From NCBI GenBank assembly GCA_000165345.1, contig CM000431.1, positions 928,001 to 992,000 on the forward strand: DNA of 64,000 bases, in the 5' to 3' direction. The notes under the pieces were generated by a model, which saw only the letters and a program-made list of their open reading frames with translations, searched no databases and had not been told where the DNA came from. The first letter of the stretch is position 1. The number at the start of each line of letters is the position of its first letter. The translations under genes were made by a program, and so were the position numbers. Positions 45,452 to 55,466 of the stretch are shown in pieces.

Positions 45452-47605
45452 CTATTCCTCAGTTTTTTTGTCTTGGGGTGTGGGGTAAGTAACTTGTGTA
45501 ATAACCTTTGGACTATCATCAGTTTTGAGATTCTCCGATTGAATTACTTGTTGCATAGCTTGGGAAGCTTCAAAACCGAGTCTAACTGGTTCCTTATTTA
45601 CATGAAGGTAGAGTAGATAGGATGAGGGGGTAGATTCTGGATGTTCTTTTGATTCTTCTGTTTGATTTTCATCTTTGCAATCTTCCACAGTAGCTTGAGT
45701 AATTTTGTTTACAGCATGTACTGTTGTATAGTCTAATTTACCTTGAGAATCAATATTTGGCCAAACAACTGCGAAACCTTTCTTAGGTTTTATTTTGATT
45801 CCAGCATAAGGGAAGTCTAATTCTCCTCCATTTTCAACATCAGAAAGGAAAACTGAAATTGTATGAGTTCTATTATCTCCATCATGGTGTTCTTTAATGT
45901 AATCATTGACGGAATATTTGTGTACCAGGATTGGCTCCATATAAAGATTGCTAGAGTCTACAAGAATTCCAAGCCTATTTTCAATCTGTCTAATAAGAGG
46001 AGTTTCTTCTGGTTGAATACAGGCAGTTGAAGATCTACAAAAATCCTCATCTTCATCTTGTTCATTTTTATAATCTTGATCATCTGTTTTTTCATCTTTA
46101 ATTTCATCAGTTTCGGATTTCTTGCTTTCTTTTTTGGCTATTGATATCTTTGAATCCTCTAGTCTATCTTGGACAAGGGAAATAATCTCATCACATTCAT
46201 CTTGGTTTAGAGCATTTGGGATAATAAATATCTTAGGATTAACCTTACTGGCAACTATTCTCTGTAAAAGAGCAGGTTTCTTGTTTTTACTAATATCAAT
46301 TTCGGAATTGTTATTTAATGGCTCGGTACCGATTGTCGCTTGAATACCATGTTGTCTTAATAATTGAGCTGCAGCATTTAGTTGACTAGCGATAAATTGT
46401 TGTTGCTGTTGTTTGATCATTGCCTCAATCTTTGACATGTCAGTGGTTGGCTGCATAATATTTGGTTGAATAGACTCTGGAATAACGGCATTTCCCATAT
46501 TTGGAACAGCTCCAGCTCCAAGATTCACTCCTGGAATATTCATTCCTGAGATATTCAACCCTGCAGCAGTGCCAATTCCTGGAATACCACCAAGAGATCC
46601 AAGAGCTGCACTTGAAATCTGATTTGCAGTCTGTGAAGACGAACCTACATCTTTTGTTGGAATTAAATTGGGGTTTCCCAAGAATGCAGCAAGCTGAGGA
46701 GTTAGCTGAGATTGTGTAGCTGAAGCAGCTCCAACTGGTAAGTTAGCGCTTCCAGGCATTACACCAGTTACTCCTGTTGGAGCCCCTAAATTCCCTGGGA
46801 TTCCTGAAATTCCTGGAATTCCAGCAAGAGAACCCAAGGAATGCCCGGCATTGGTAGCCTGGCCCAAGTTTTGTGGAGCAACAGAAGCAGAAGCAGAGGA
46901 TGGGGATTGCTTGCTCTCAGCTGAATTAGTATTGGAAGCGGTCTGAGTATTATTTTGAAGTTCGGATAGAGCCAAAGCAATCTTTTGTTTCTGCATCCAA
47001 GTAGCCAAGTTCAAATCTTGTCCTTGAATACCACACAAATTAGGTACTCCTGCCTGCATATTTGGAAATTGAATTGGCTGTAAAGTTGGTTTCTGAACAT
47101 TTAAGCCCAAAGAAGCAAGGACATTGGGGTCTAACGCTCCAACTGGTGGAATGTTATAACTTGTGGTTGTAGAGCTTGGAATCATATTATTCAAATTTAA
47201 GGTTGCTCCCAAGGTCTGAGCTGGAATTCCAGAACTAAGACCAAGTCCAAGACTTGGAGTATTCGCTATACCGGGAGGTATCTGGTCTTTTGAAGCATTA
47301 ATTTGCATTCTCATCATAAATTGTTGTAATTGTTCCATATTCATTGCAGACATTGGGAATTGAGATGTGGGGATGTTTGTTGCTGTAACTCCACTTCCTG
47401 GCTTTCCTACTTGAGTATTATCAGCTGTAATTCCTGTTCCACTAGTTTGCCCTTGTAATAAATTATTAGTTTCTAATTTTGAAGTATCTGATTCTGAAAT
47501 AGGTACCATATTAATATAGGTACCTAATAACTTAGGTTCTGGCGGTGTGACTCCTCTAATAACATTCTTTGTTTCTTCATTAACGCTTGAATTATTTTCA
47601 GACAT
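45452..47605 (-). CDS. Prolyl 4-hydroxylase-like 2-oxoglutarate/Fe(II) oxygenase. It has a long G/S/A/N/Q-rich low-complexity N-terminal region.
   Basis: 717 aa. The C-terminal approximately 200 aa carry P4Hc-type motifs. There is an HxD facial triad (HHDGDNRTHTISVFLSDVENGGELDFPY), then KPKKGFAVVWPN, and a distal His (HAV). The N-terminal 380 aa or so are low complexity. Confidence 0.55.
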   Translation of the reverse strand: MSENNSSVNEETKNVIRGVTPPEPKLLGTYINMVPISESDTSKLETNNLLQGQTSGTGITADNTQVGKPGSGVTATNIPTSQFPMSAMNMEQLQQFMMRMQINASKDQIPPGIANTPSLGLGLSSGIPAQTLGATLNLNNMIPSSTTTSYNIPPVGALDPNVLASLGLNVQKPTLQPIQFPNMQAGVPNLCGIQGQDLNLATWMQKQKIALALSELQNNTQTASNTNSAESKQSPSSASASVAPQNLGQATNAGHSLGSLAGIPGISGIPGNLGAPTGVTGVMPGSANLPVGAASATQSQLTPQLAAFLGNPNLIPTKDVGSSSQTANQISSAALGSLGGIPGIGTAAGLNISGMNIPGVNLGAGAVPNMGNAVIPESIQPNIMQPTTDMSKIEAMIKQQQQQFIASQLNAAAQLLRQHGIQATIGTEPLNNNSEIDISKNKKPALLQRIVASKVNPKIFIIPNALNQDECDEIISLVQDRLEDSKISIAKKESKKSETDEIKDEKTDDQDYKNEQDEDEDFCRSSTACIQPEETPLIRQIENRLGILVDSSNLYMEPILVHKYSVNDYIKEHHDGDNRTHTISVFLSDVENGGELDFPYAGIKIKPKKGFAVVWPNIDSQGKLDYTTVHAVNKITQATVEDCKDENQTEESKEHPESTPSSYLLYLHVNKEPVRLGFEASQAMQQVIQSENLKTDDSPKVITQVTYPTPQDKKTEE

Positions 47606-48033
47606 ATTTAAAAGTCTTATTATTTCAGCTTAGCAGTTTTGTTCAACTTTAATTTCCTTAAATTAATATAAAATAATGAAAATAGCAATATCTATAACGT
47701 ATTAAAGCAAATTTTAATGTCTTTAGTACTTAAAAGCTCAAAACCTAAATCAACAGTAATTTTATCTTTTTATTCAGGCCTTTAATTTAACCAAAAAACT
47801 GAAATATCTTTTTAAATATATTAACATGGGGCCCCCTCAAAAATCTAAAAAGTTGGCGCCTTTTCGGTTCTAATGTTATAAAACCTGCAACCCTGGAAAA
47901 AATAAAATAATTTTTTGAATGTAACAAAAGTGTGATGAAAAAAATATATACGAATTGAATAAATAGAGAATAGTGTGCTTACTAATATAAGTTTAGGTAA
48001 AAACTAGGAATTATATATTTTGAATTTTGTAAA

Positions 48034-49593
48034 TTATCTAACAAATTGTCTATTGTCATTTTTATCTCTAACACCATATGGATTAGAAGCAGAAAATTTA
48101 TGGCCGGATTTAAAATATGGATTGCTACTTTTATTCTTAGATTTGTTACCTGCATTTCTAGAAGCTTTTCCACCCGATTTTAAATTTAAGTCAACTTTAG
48201 GAGGCGTACTGAACCCAAAACTGAATGCAATTTGCTGTAAATCAAGAGAATATACATTAAATGCATCTTTGAGTGCATGAGAAGCATAAGAATGTAAATA
48301 TGCTCTGTAGGCATCTCTAGCTGAACAGTGGAGATGATAGTTCTTTTCAATAAGCCTTTCGAGCTGATTTTGAACATTAGCAACTTTATTTTTTCCAAAA
48401 ACATATTCATTTAATGGAATATTCATCTTTTTAAGATATTGAAGGAAGGCAATTTCTTCAGGAAGAAGGAATAATAAGGCTTTTCCAGTACCACCAGCTC
48501 CTCTTGCGGTTCTTCCAACTCTATGAATATATTCTCTAGGATCATCAGGAGGGTCATATTGAACAATCCAATCAACATTTGGAATATCTAAACCCCTTGC
48601 AGCAACATCAGTACATAATAATAAACCTTTATCAGCTGAACAAAAATCATAATAAGTTTGCATTCTAGAAGTTTGTTTCTTCTTTCCATGTATTGATGAG
48701 CAAGTTAAATCTACATAATTAAATAATTCTTCATGAAATTTGGTTGACATACAGCTACTAAAGAAGACCATAACTTTTTTATCTCTATTCTTCTTAAGAA
48801 ATGTATATAATAGCAAGAATCTTTGATTAGCTTGAGCTATAACATATCCTTGCTCAAGTCCTGAAACTGTTGCAATAGAAGAAGTATTTTTAGATTCAAC
48901 AAGAACTGGATTTTTAAGTGAAAGTCTAACAAGATCAGCAACTTTAGTTGTCTGAGTAGCAGAAAAAAGAGAAGTTTGTCTTTCTTTTGGAAGTAATTTA
49001 ATAATTTGATTCATTTCTTCTTCAAAACCAATTTCTAGAATTCGATCAGCTTCATCTATAACTAGATTCAATAAATTTTTAAATAAGAATTGTTTTGTAT
49101 TCTGTAAGTGATCTAAAAGTCTTCCAGGAGTAGCCACTAATATATTAACACCTTTAGAAAGCTTTTCTGCTTCAGTTCTCCTATTTGCTCCTCCCATAAC
49201 CAAACCATGAGTTTGTGGTAAATATTTACAAAGCTCTCTGCATACTTCATAAATTTGGAGACTTAATTCTCTAGTTGGTGAAATGACAATAACACCAGTT
49301 CCATTTCTAGGTAAGAATTCTACATTATATAGTAGATTTGCCGCAGGAATTAAGAACGCTAAAGTCTTACCTGAACCAGTCTTTGCAGCTCCTAAAACAT
49401 CCTTACCATTTAAAATTCGAGGAATTGCTTTTGCTTGAATTTCTGTCATAGTTTCCATCCCCATTTCTTTAAGGGCTTTTTTTAGTTGGTCACAAATATT
49501 TGATGATTCAAATTTCACATCACTAAAATATTCTGATGACTTTTCATTTTCATTTGTATTGTTTTCGTTCTTTTTTTGTTCCTCCCCAGACAT
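48034..49593 (-). CDS. HAS1: DEAD-box ATP-dependent RNA helicase of the Has1/DDX18 type, involved in ribosome biogenesis.
   Basis: 519 aa. It has the Q motif, motif I ([15 protein letters not shown]), motif II (VIDEAD), SAT and HRVGRTARG. The C-terminal basic tail is typical of Has1. Confidence 0.85.
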   Translation of the reverse strand: MSGEEQKKNENNTNENEKSSEYFSDVKFESSNICDQLKKALKEMGMETMTEIQAKAIPRILNGKDVLGAAKTGSGKTLAFLIPAANLLYNVEFLPRNGTGVIVISPTRELSLQIYEVCRELCKYLPQTHGLVMGGANRRTEAEKLSKGVNILVATPGRLLDHLQNTKQFLFKNLLNLVIDEADRILEIGFEEEMNQIIKLLPKERQTSLFSATQTTKVADLVRLSLKNPVLVESKNTSSIATVSGLEQGYVIAQANQRFLLLYTFLKKNRDKKVMVFFSSCMSTKFHEELFNYVDLTCSSIHGKKKQTSRMQTYYDFCSADKGLLLCTDVAARGLDIPNVDWIVQYDPPDDPREYIHRVGRTARGAGGTGKALLFLLPEEIAFLQYLKKMNIPLNEYVFGKNKVANVQNQLERLIEKNYHLHCSARDAYRAYLHSYASHALKDAFNVYSLDLQQIAFSFGFSTPPKVDLNLKSGGKASRNAGNKSKNKSSNPYFKSGHKFSASNPYGVRDKNDNRQFVR

Positions 49594-49741
49594 CTTGACA
49601 ATTTTAAGTAATTTAAAATATTTCTTCTTTTCTTATTATTTTTCCCAAGAAAAAATGAATCCTAGATTATCTTTTTTTTTCAATTGTCAAAATCTGACGA
49701 TCTTTTACTTAATTATTATTATTTGGAAATATTTGTTCTCC

Positions 49742-50192
49742 ATTGGCGCCAATATTAAAATCTTAGAGAGGAAATATTTACTTCTAAAGAAAGAAAGAGA
49801 GAAAAGAAAAGGAATTTTTTTCTTAGATAACTTCAGTGCGGAATCTAGGTAATCTTGACATATTATAGAATTTAACATAAAAATAAACACATAAACATTT
49901 AGATATACTAAATTGTTTCATATAGTGTGAAATAAGAAATTTAATTTTTTTTTTTCAGACATTTAGTTTCTAATTAAACAAGAAAGATCACACTATTTTC
50001 TGTAGGAGAATTTTTAACTGTTTAATATAAAACTTTAAGTAAATGGGAATTAATTTTAAACATATTATTATTATCTTTTCTTTTAATTGCACTTTTACAT
50101 GAAAATTGCAAACAAAAAAAAATTAATGGTCAGATTTACCCGCCTAGGCGCCAATTCCAATTTGAAGTAATTTTGAGACAGCTGTCTCAAAA
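49742..50192. promoter_or_regulatory. Divergent promoter between the Has1 helicase (minus) and RPL27A (plus). It holds ATTGGCGCCAAT at 49742-49753, TAGGCGCCAATT at 50145-50156, and a perfect 22-nt palindrome TTTTGAGACAGCTGTCTCAAAA at 50171-50192.
   Basis: The motifs are read directly. The palindrome has a CAGCTG (E-box-like) centre. Confidence 0.35.
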
Positions 50193-50493
50193 ATTTTCTA
50201 ATATTTAAGTTACTCCATGATTAGAGTAATAAATTATTTGTTAAGTGTGATTTTGCGGCACTAACTAAATATTATAAGAATTGATAGTCCAATTTGTATA
50301 TTTATAAAGTATGTGTCTCAGTATGATTAATATTAGTTAAAGTAAATTTATTAGGTTTGTTATATAAAAATAAGCTAAATTTAACTAGGGTAATTTATTT
50401 CTCAGACGTTATTTTCAAGAGGAAAAAAAAAATAAAATTTGGTTGACCCGAAGTTAATCATAAAGAATTGTTTTTCAAGAGATTCTTTAAGAA

Positions 50494-51114
50494 ATGACAA
50501 CAAGGTAAGTAATATAAAAATTTAAGCAGATTAACAATAGGATGCTTTGTTTAAAGGATCAAGATTATGATCCTCTACAAGACTCTTTAGTCTATTACGT
50601 AACAATCTCCAATTGTTGATCTGTTTTATACATTAATTAAACATTTCTAACTAATATTTATCTTTATAATTCTAGATTCAAGAAGAACAGAAAGAAGAGA
50701 GGACACGTATCAGCCGGTCATGGTCGTGTAGGTAAACACAGAAAGCATCCTGGTGGTCGTGGTGCTTGTGGTGGTTTAACACATAAGAGAAACTGGTTTG
50801 ACAAGTACCATCCAGGCTACTTTGGTAAAGTTGGTATGAGATATTTCCACAAAAGGCTAAACAAGATGTACTGTCCTACTGTCAATGTTGAAAAGTTATG
50901 GACTTTGGTGTCAAAGAACACTCTTGAACACTACAAGTACAATAACAAGACTGACAAGGCTCCAATTATTGACTGTACTAAGTCTGGTATCTTTAAGGTC
51001 TTAGGTGGAGGTAATCTACCCAATCTTCCAGTTGTTGTCAGAGCTAGACACTTCTCTAAGAAGGCTGAGAAGAAAATTAAGGAGGCCGGTGGTATCTGCG
51101 TATTAAGTGGATAA
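50494..51114 (+). CDS. RPL27A: 60S ribosomal protein L27a (uL15). Two exons: join(50494..50504, 50676..51114). The first exon is 11 nt.
   Basis: The listed ORF 50836..51114 has no ATG until codon 54, yet it is L27a throughout. The upstream in-frame sequence reads [29 protein letters not shown].... ATG ACA ACA AG|GTAAGT at 50494-50510 plus the acceptor AG at 50674-50675 gives [14 protein letters not shown]..., the canonical L27a N-terminus. Confidence 0.8.
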
Positions 51115-52282
51115 ACATATAGGCTAGAATATGTAAAGGGTGGTTTATCAATAATCATCTTTGAATAACTTGTATTTAATCCAGAGTTCAAACATCTAGA
51201 AGCTTTAGTGTATAATTACTATAGCCTAACAAGTTATAGTAATATATTCATTCAGCTTGAAATATTTTTTTTTAACCACCCTTTTATTTTGGGAGATTAC
51301 TATATTTAGTCTTCTCCTTTATTTTAAAGGAGAGATGCACTTTACTATGGACAATACAAGTCTTTGAACATTATAACTAGTAGTGGTGCTGCTTTTATTT
51401 TCTACTATGAACTTAAAATCTAGTACATTATTTCTATATGTTTTTTACTCCTATCTTTTCTTCCCTTTCTTCAAACTAACTAGTACTCTTGTCTAAGTTA
51501 TTGTCCATGAATTTAAAGAGGAATTAATTTTGCCGCCCATACATTCAATCAGGTGTGCATATTATTTAATATAATTATTATTTGAATTATATACATGCAT
51601 TATTTTAGAGTTCTTTTTTCAAAAAAAGTGTCATTTTAATCTTTTATTAACATTCTAATTAATACAAACCTTTGTTATCTTAATAATATACATGTAATAA
51701 TTCTTACTTGTCAATTTTACGAACATATTTAAACTCCTTGCATGATTTTTAGTGGCTTAGATCTATTATTAAGGTATCTAGCGCCAACCTCTAATCCGAG
51801 AAGAGGACTTTAGGCGGACAAAAATAATTATGTTTTTTTGAATAAGTTAAATTGTTGGCAAAAAAAAAAAAAAAAAAGGTTAAATCAGTATTGACTTTTG
51901 GTTATTATAAAATAACTTTTTTTTTGAAATTCAGGTTCATATATCAAGTATTCAACAAAAGTTTATATGGACAGTCTTTGTGAGTATTATTTCAAAACTT
52001 ACAAGTAATTAATAAGTTTCGAAGGAATTAAAAGTTTGCATTACATTTGTACATAATTAGAAAAACAATTCTATAAACTATAAGGTATTCTTTATAAATA
52101 TCTTAATAGAGGGATACAATATATATATTAATAAAGAGATTCAAAGAAATAGGTGGATAACCTGAACGCAAATCTCATTTTGACGAGATTTTTCCAACGT
52201 TAATTATTTTTTCCATTATTTACTCGAATTTTTTTTTGCCGTCCATTTCATTATAGAATAAAATTTAAAAAAAGAAAGAAAA

Positions 52283-53602
52283 ATGCAAGGTGTTAATGTA
52301 AATGTTTATAATAGACAAAAGTCCTATGGAACTACATCAGCCGGACATGCTTATGGTATGACATCAGGACTTTCCATGCAAACAGTGCAAGATATGGCAG
52401 GTGTTTCTGGAAGTTATATGAATACTGATACATTTTCAACTAAAGATTATGCTGATCCAATCATATTTGACAATAAGAAATCGTTCTTTAATAGCATTAA
52501 ATTTAAAAGATTTAAAAAAAGATATGCAGGAGTTTTAGGGTTTGCTATTTTAATTTGTTTCTTGATTGGTTTTTACTTGATTTTATTTTCAGCAAAACAT
52601 CCAACTTCTAAGATATCTAAAAATAAATCTGTTTTTGAAGATGAACATATACAATTTACTCATGATGATTTTCTTGGACATAGTGGTGCTAGACATGGAT
52701 TAAATTCAAATGAAAAAGATTCTCATAGTAATGATTGGTCAGATTTTGAAGATGATTGGATTGATGAACATGATTTCTTAGAGGAAGAGATTGATGATGT
52801 TGAAGATTCTGAACATGGACATTCTCATTACGCTAAAATGATTAATGAAATGGATAGTCATCATCATGATAATGGTTCTCCTATAGAAACTTCATTTGAT
52901 GCATCGCCAAAACCACTCAAAAGTACAGATGATTTGGATACTCATAAAAATAATGAGCAAGTCATACAAACTACTGATAAACTTCCAAATGAAGTTCATG
53001 GTACAGTTCCACCAAAACCATTAACTGAGATACCTTCTCATGAAGAAAGTATTGTTTACTTCCCAAAAACAATTCATTTACTTGGAAGAATTGGTGATGA
53101 CTCAGCAGTTAATGGTAAATACAATGTAATGATGCATCCTTATCATGAAGAAAGTCCTTGGATTCATGGTGGAAGACTAATTTGGTATAAGACAGGAAAG
53201 AACTCTTCTAATAATTATTATATATTTTACGAAAAGAAGTTACATAATTGGGTTTTGACAGATAAATTTGATCTTGATAATCCAAATCCTATAGCCTTTT
53301 TACCAGATCATGGAGTAATGCCAGTTAAAGGAGTTGGTAAACATGGATGCAAAGCTCAACATTACTGGTATTTCAGAGAAAAAACTTCAGATAATTCTCA
53401 TAAACTTGTAATGGATAGATCAGTTTTAGTTACTGACAATGGAATTTTACTTGATTCACTTCCAGATCACGAACATAGAAAAGGACCATCTACAAATCAA
53501 GAAGTGATAGGACTCAAATTGCACAAGAACCAAATACATATAGATCACAAGTACTATAGTGACAAGTATTCTGGTAGACACCAAATTGATAATCCCTACT
53601 AA
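52283..53602 (+). CDS. Hypothetical single-pass membrane protein of 439 aa. Its acidic segment is His-rich.
   Basis: The ORF has a hydrophobic helix (YAGVLGFAILICFLIGFYLILFSA) after about 80 aa. A D/E/H-rich stretch follows (HGHSHYAKMINEMDSHHHDNG). No family recognised. Confidence 0.4.
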   Translation: MQGVNVNVYNRQKSYGTTSAGHAYGMTSGLSMQTVQDMAGVSGSYMNTDTFSTKDYADPIIFDNKKSFFNSIKFKRFKKRYAGVLGFAILICFLIGFYLILFSAKHPTSKISKNKSVFEDEHIQFTHDDFLGHSGARHGLNSNEKDSHSNDWSDFEDDWIDEHDFLEEEIDDVEDSEHGHSHYAKMINEMDSHHHDNGSPIETSFDASPKPLKSTDDLDTHKNNEQVIQTTDKLPNEVHGTVPPKPLTEIPSHEESIVYFPKTIHLLGRIGDDSAVNGKYNVMMHPYHEESPWIHGGRLIWYKTGKNSSNNYYIFYEKKLHNWVLTDKFDLDNPNPIAFLPDHGVMPVKGVGKHGCKAQHYWYFREKTSDNSHKLVMDRSVLVTDNGILLDSLPDHEHRKGPSTNQEVIGLKLHKNQIHIDHKYYSDKYSGRHQIDNPY

Positions 53603-53925
53603 TTATATTGCAAAAGCAGTCGTTACTTATATACAAAACTATTACTAATCTATAAATAATGGTTAATAACATTAAGAAGATAACATTTTATCTCCTCTAT
53701 ACTTGATCTTACTGAATTAATAAATCCTTTCTTAATGATATAATTAGATTTCTTTCACTAATTGAAATTTTTATATAGAAATATGTTTTTTGTTTCATTA
53801 AATGGTAATTTTGACAAATATTTTCCATCTTTCTTCATCTCATATTCTCCTTTTTGACTTTGGTATTTGTTTATTAAGTGAATTTTAATCCAATTCTAAA
53901 ACGATTTTTCATTAGTTTTATTAAA

Positions 53926-54825
53926 CTAATTCTGAGTCAGTAAAGTTAGGAATTTAATAGCTTGACTACATACAAATGTATCAGGTATTTTTTCTGGTGG
54001 TATAACTAAAAATTCTTCATTATTATCTTTAACAAAACCACATGCCATTAAAATCTCTATTGATCCTTGGTATTTGAGTACTTTTGACTCAAAAGTTGGG
54101 TTCTTTAAACGAATTCTCTTATACTTTTCTTCATAAGGATGACTATGAACATTGTTAATATATGTTTTAAGTAGATTAAAGCATGTCATTATACCCTGTA
54201 AATCTTTTGATCTATATTCTTTATTCATTCGATTACAATAATATGCAACCTTTTCTTTATTTCCTTTTGGAACTTCGTTTGTTTTTTCTTCAGGATAAGG
54301 ACATCCAAATCTTTCTTCCCATTCTTCCTTAAGTAAGCTTAATTGACGTTGTCTTTCAACTTCATGAGCATTCTTTTCTTTAGCTGCTTTTTCAATATTT
54401 CGAATCCTTTCTGCTTCTTCAAGCTTTCTTTGAGCTTCTAATAATTGCTTTGTAGAAGCTATTCTACGTTTTTCTTTCTCAATTTCTTCTTCTTTTTCTC
54501 TTTGTATACGTAATTCTCTAGCTCTTCTTTGCAATTCTTTTGCTTTTTCAAGAGCTTCTTCATCTGTTAATTTGGGTGCCCCTGGAATGCTATCAGAACC
54601 AGAAATTTCAATTATAGGTTCCTTAATAGAATCATCCTTAGAATTCTCTTCAAGCCAAGTTACTGCATTTTCTAGTCCTTTATTTCTAGTAAAGAAAATG
54701 GCTTTTTCTGATTCTACTTGGCCAAAACCCATTTCCATTAAAGAGTTAAGTAGGTTTTTATCAACGTAATTTTTTATATCATCACAATTATCACTAATAT
54801 TTGTTGGTTTTTCAGTATCTGTCAT
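53926..54825 (-). CDS. UBA plus coiled-coil plus PUB domain protein, a putative p97/Cdc48 adaptor.
   Basis: 299 aa. The N-terminal UBA-like segment reads LLNSLMEMGFGQVESEKAIFFTRNKGLENAVTWL. The centre is an E/K/R-rich coiled coil. The C-terminal PUB domain has the signature YEEKYKRIRLKNPTFESKVLKYQGSIEILMACGF. Confidence 0.6.
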   Translation of the reverse strand: MTDTEKPTNISDNCDDIKNYVDKNLLNSLMEMGFGQVESEKAIFFTRNKGLENAVTWLEENSKDDSIKEPIIEISGSDSIPGAPKLTDEEALEKAKELQRRARELRIQREKEEEIEKEKRRIASTKQLLEAQRKLEEAERIRNIEKAAKEKNAHEVERQRQLSLLKEEWEERFGCPYPEEKTNEVPKGNKEKVAYYCNRMNKEYRSKDLQGIMTCFNLLKTYINNVHSHPYEEKYKRIRLKNPTFESKVLKYQGSIEILMACGFVKDNNEEFLVIPPEKIPDTFVCSQAIKFLTLLTQN

Positions 54826-55466
54826 TTTTGACTCTAATACTATTCTTTATATTATTAATAATTTTAAAAATCTTGTATAATTTTGTTTGTTGATTGTAAA
54901 CAATTAATTCAAGATTATACCTTTTTTTTTAACAAGCCTAATAAACAAAATTACAAGCTTTTATTATGAATTCTTGAACTTTATCTCTATTTATATGAAA
55001 TTTAAATAAATATTATTTATAATATAAATTTAAATAATATTTATATTTTTTTATTAGATCGAGTTTATGACGTAATTATTATTATTTTTTTTTTTAAATA
55101 ATTTATTGCCATTACGTGTCCCGTTTTACCGGCATGTAAATCTTAAACTGGTTTTCCCCCCACTTGCAAGGGAAAAAATTAATAACATTACACGTAATAA
55201 AAATATTAATAGTTTTGTGGGAAAAAAAAAATTGGAAATTATAATATAGACTAAGACTAATTAAATTCAAGAACTATCTATGATGTACTGAGTTTTTCTT
55301 TTTTACCAAGAAAAATTTCTGTTTGAAGTTTGAATTAAGTAATTCTTTTCAATAGTGCATTTTGGAGGGATTTACTTACCTACCTTAAATATATATTAAT
55401 CAATTAATGTATAACAGTCTATTACTAAGATTTATTAACAATTAGATATTGAAATTTCAAAGGTAA

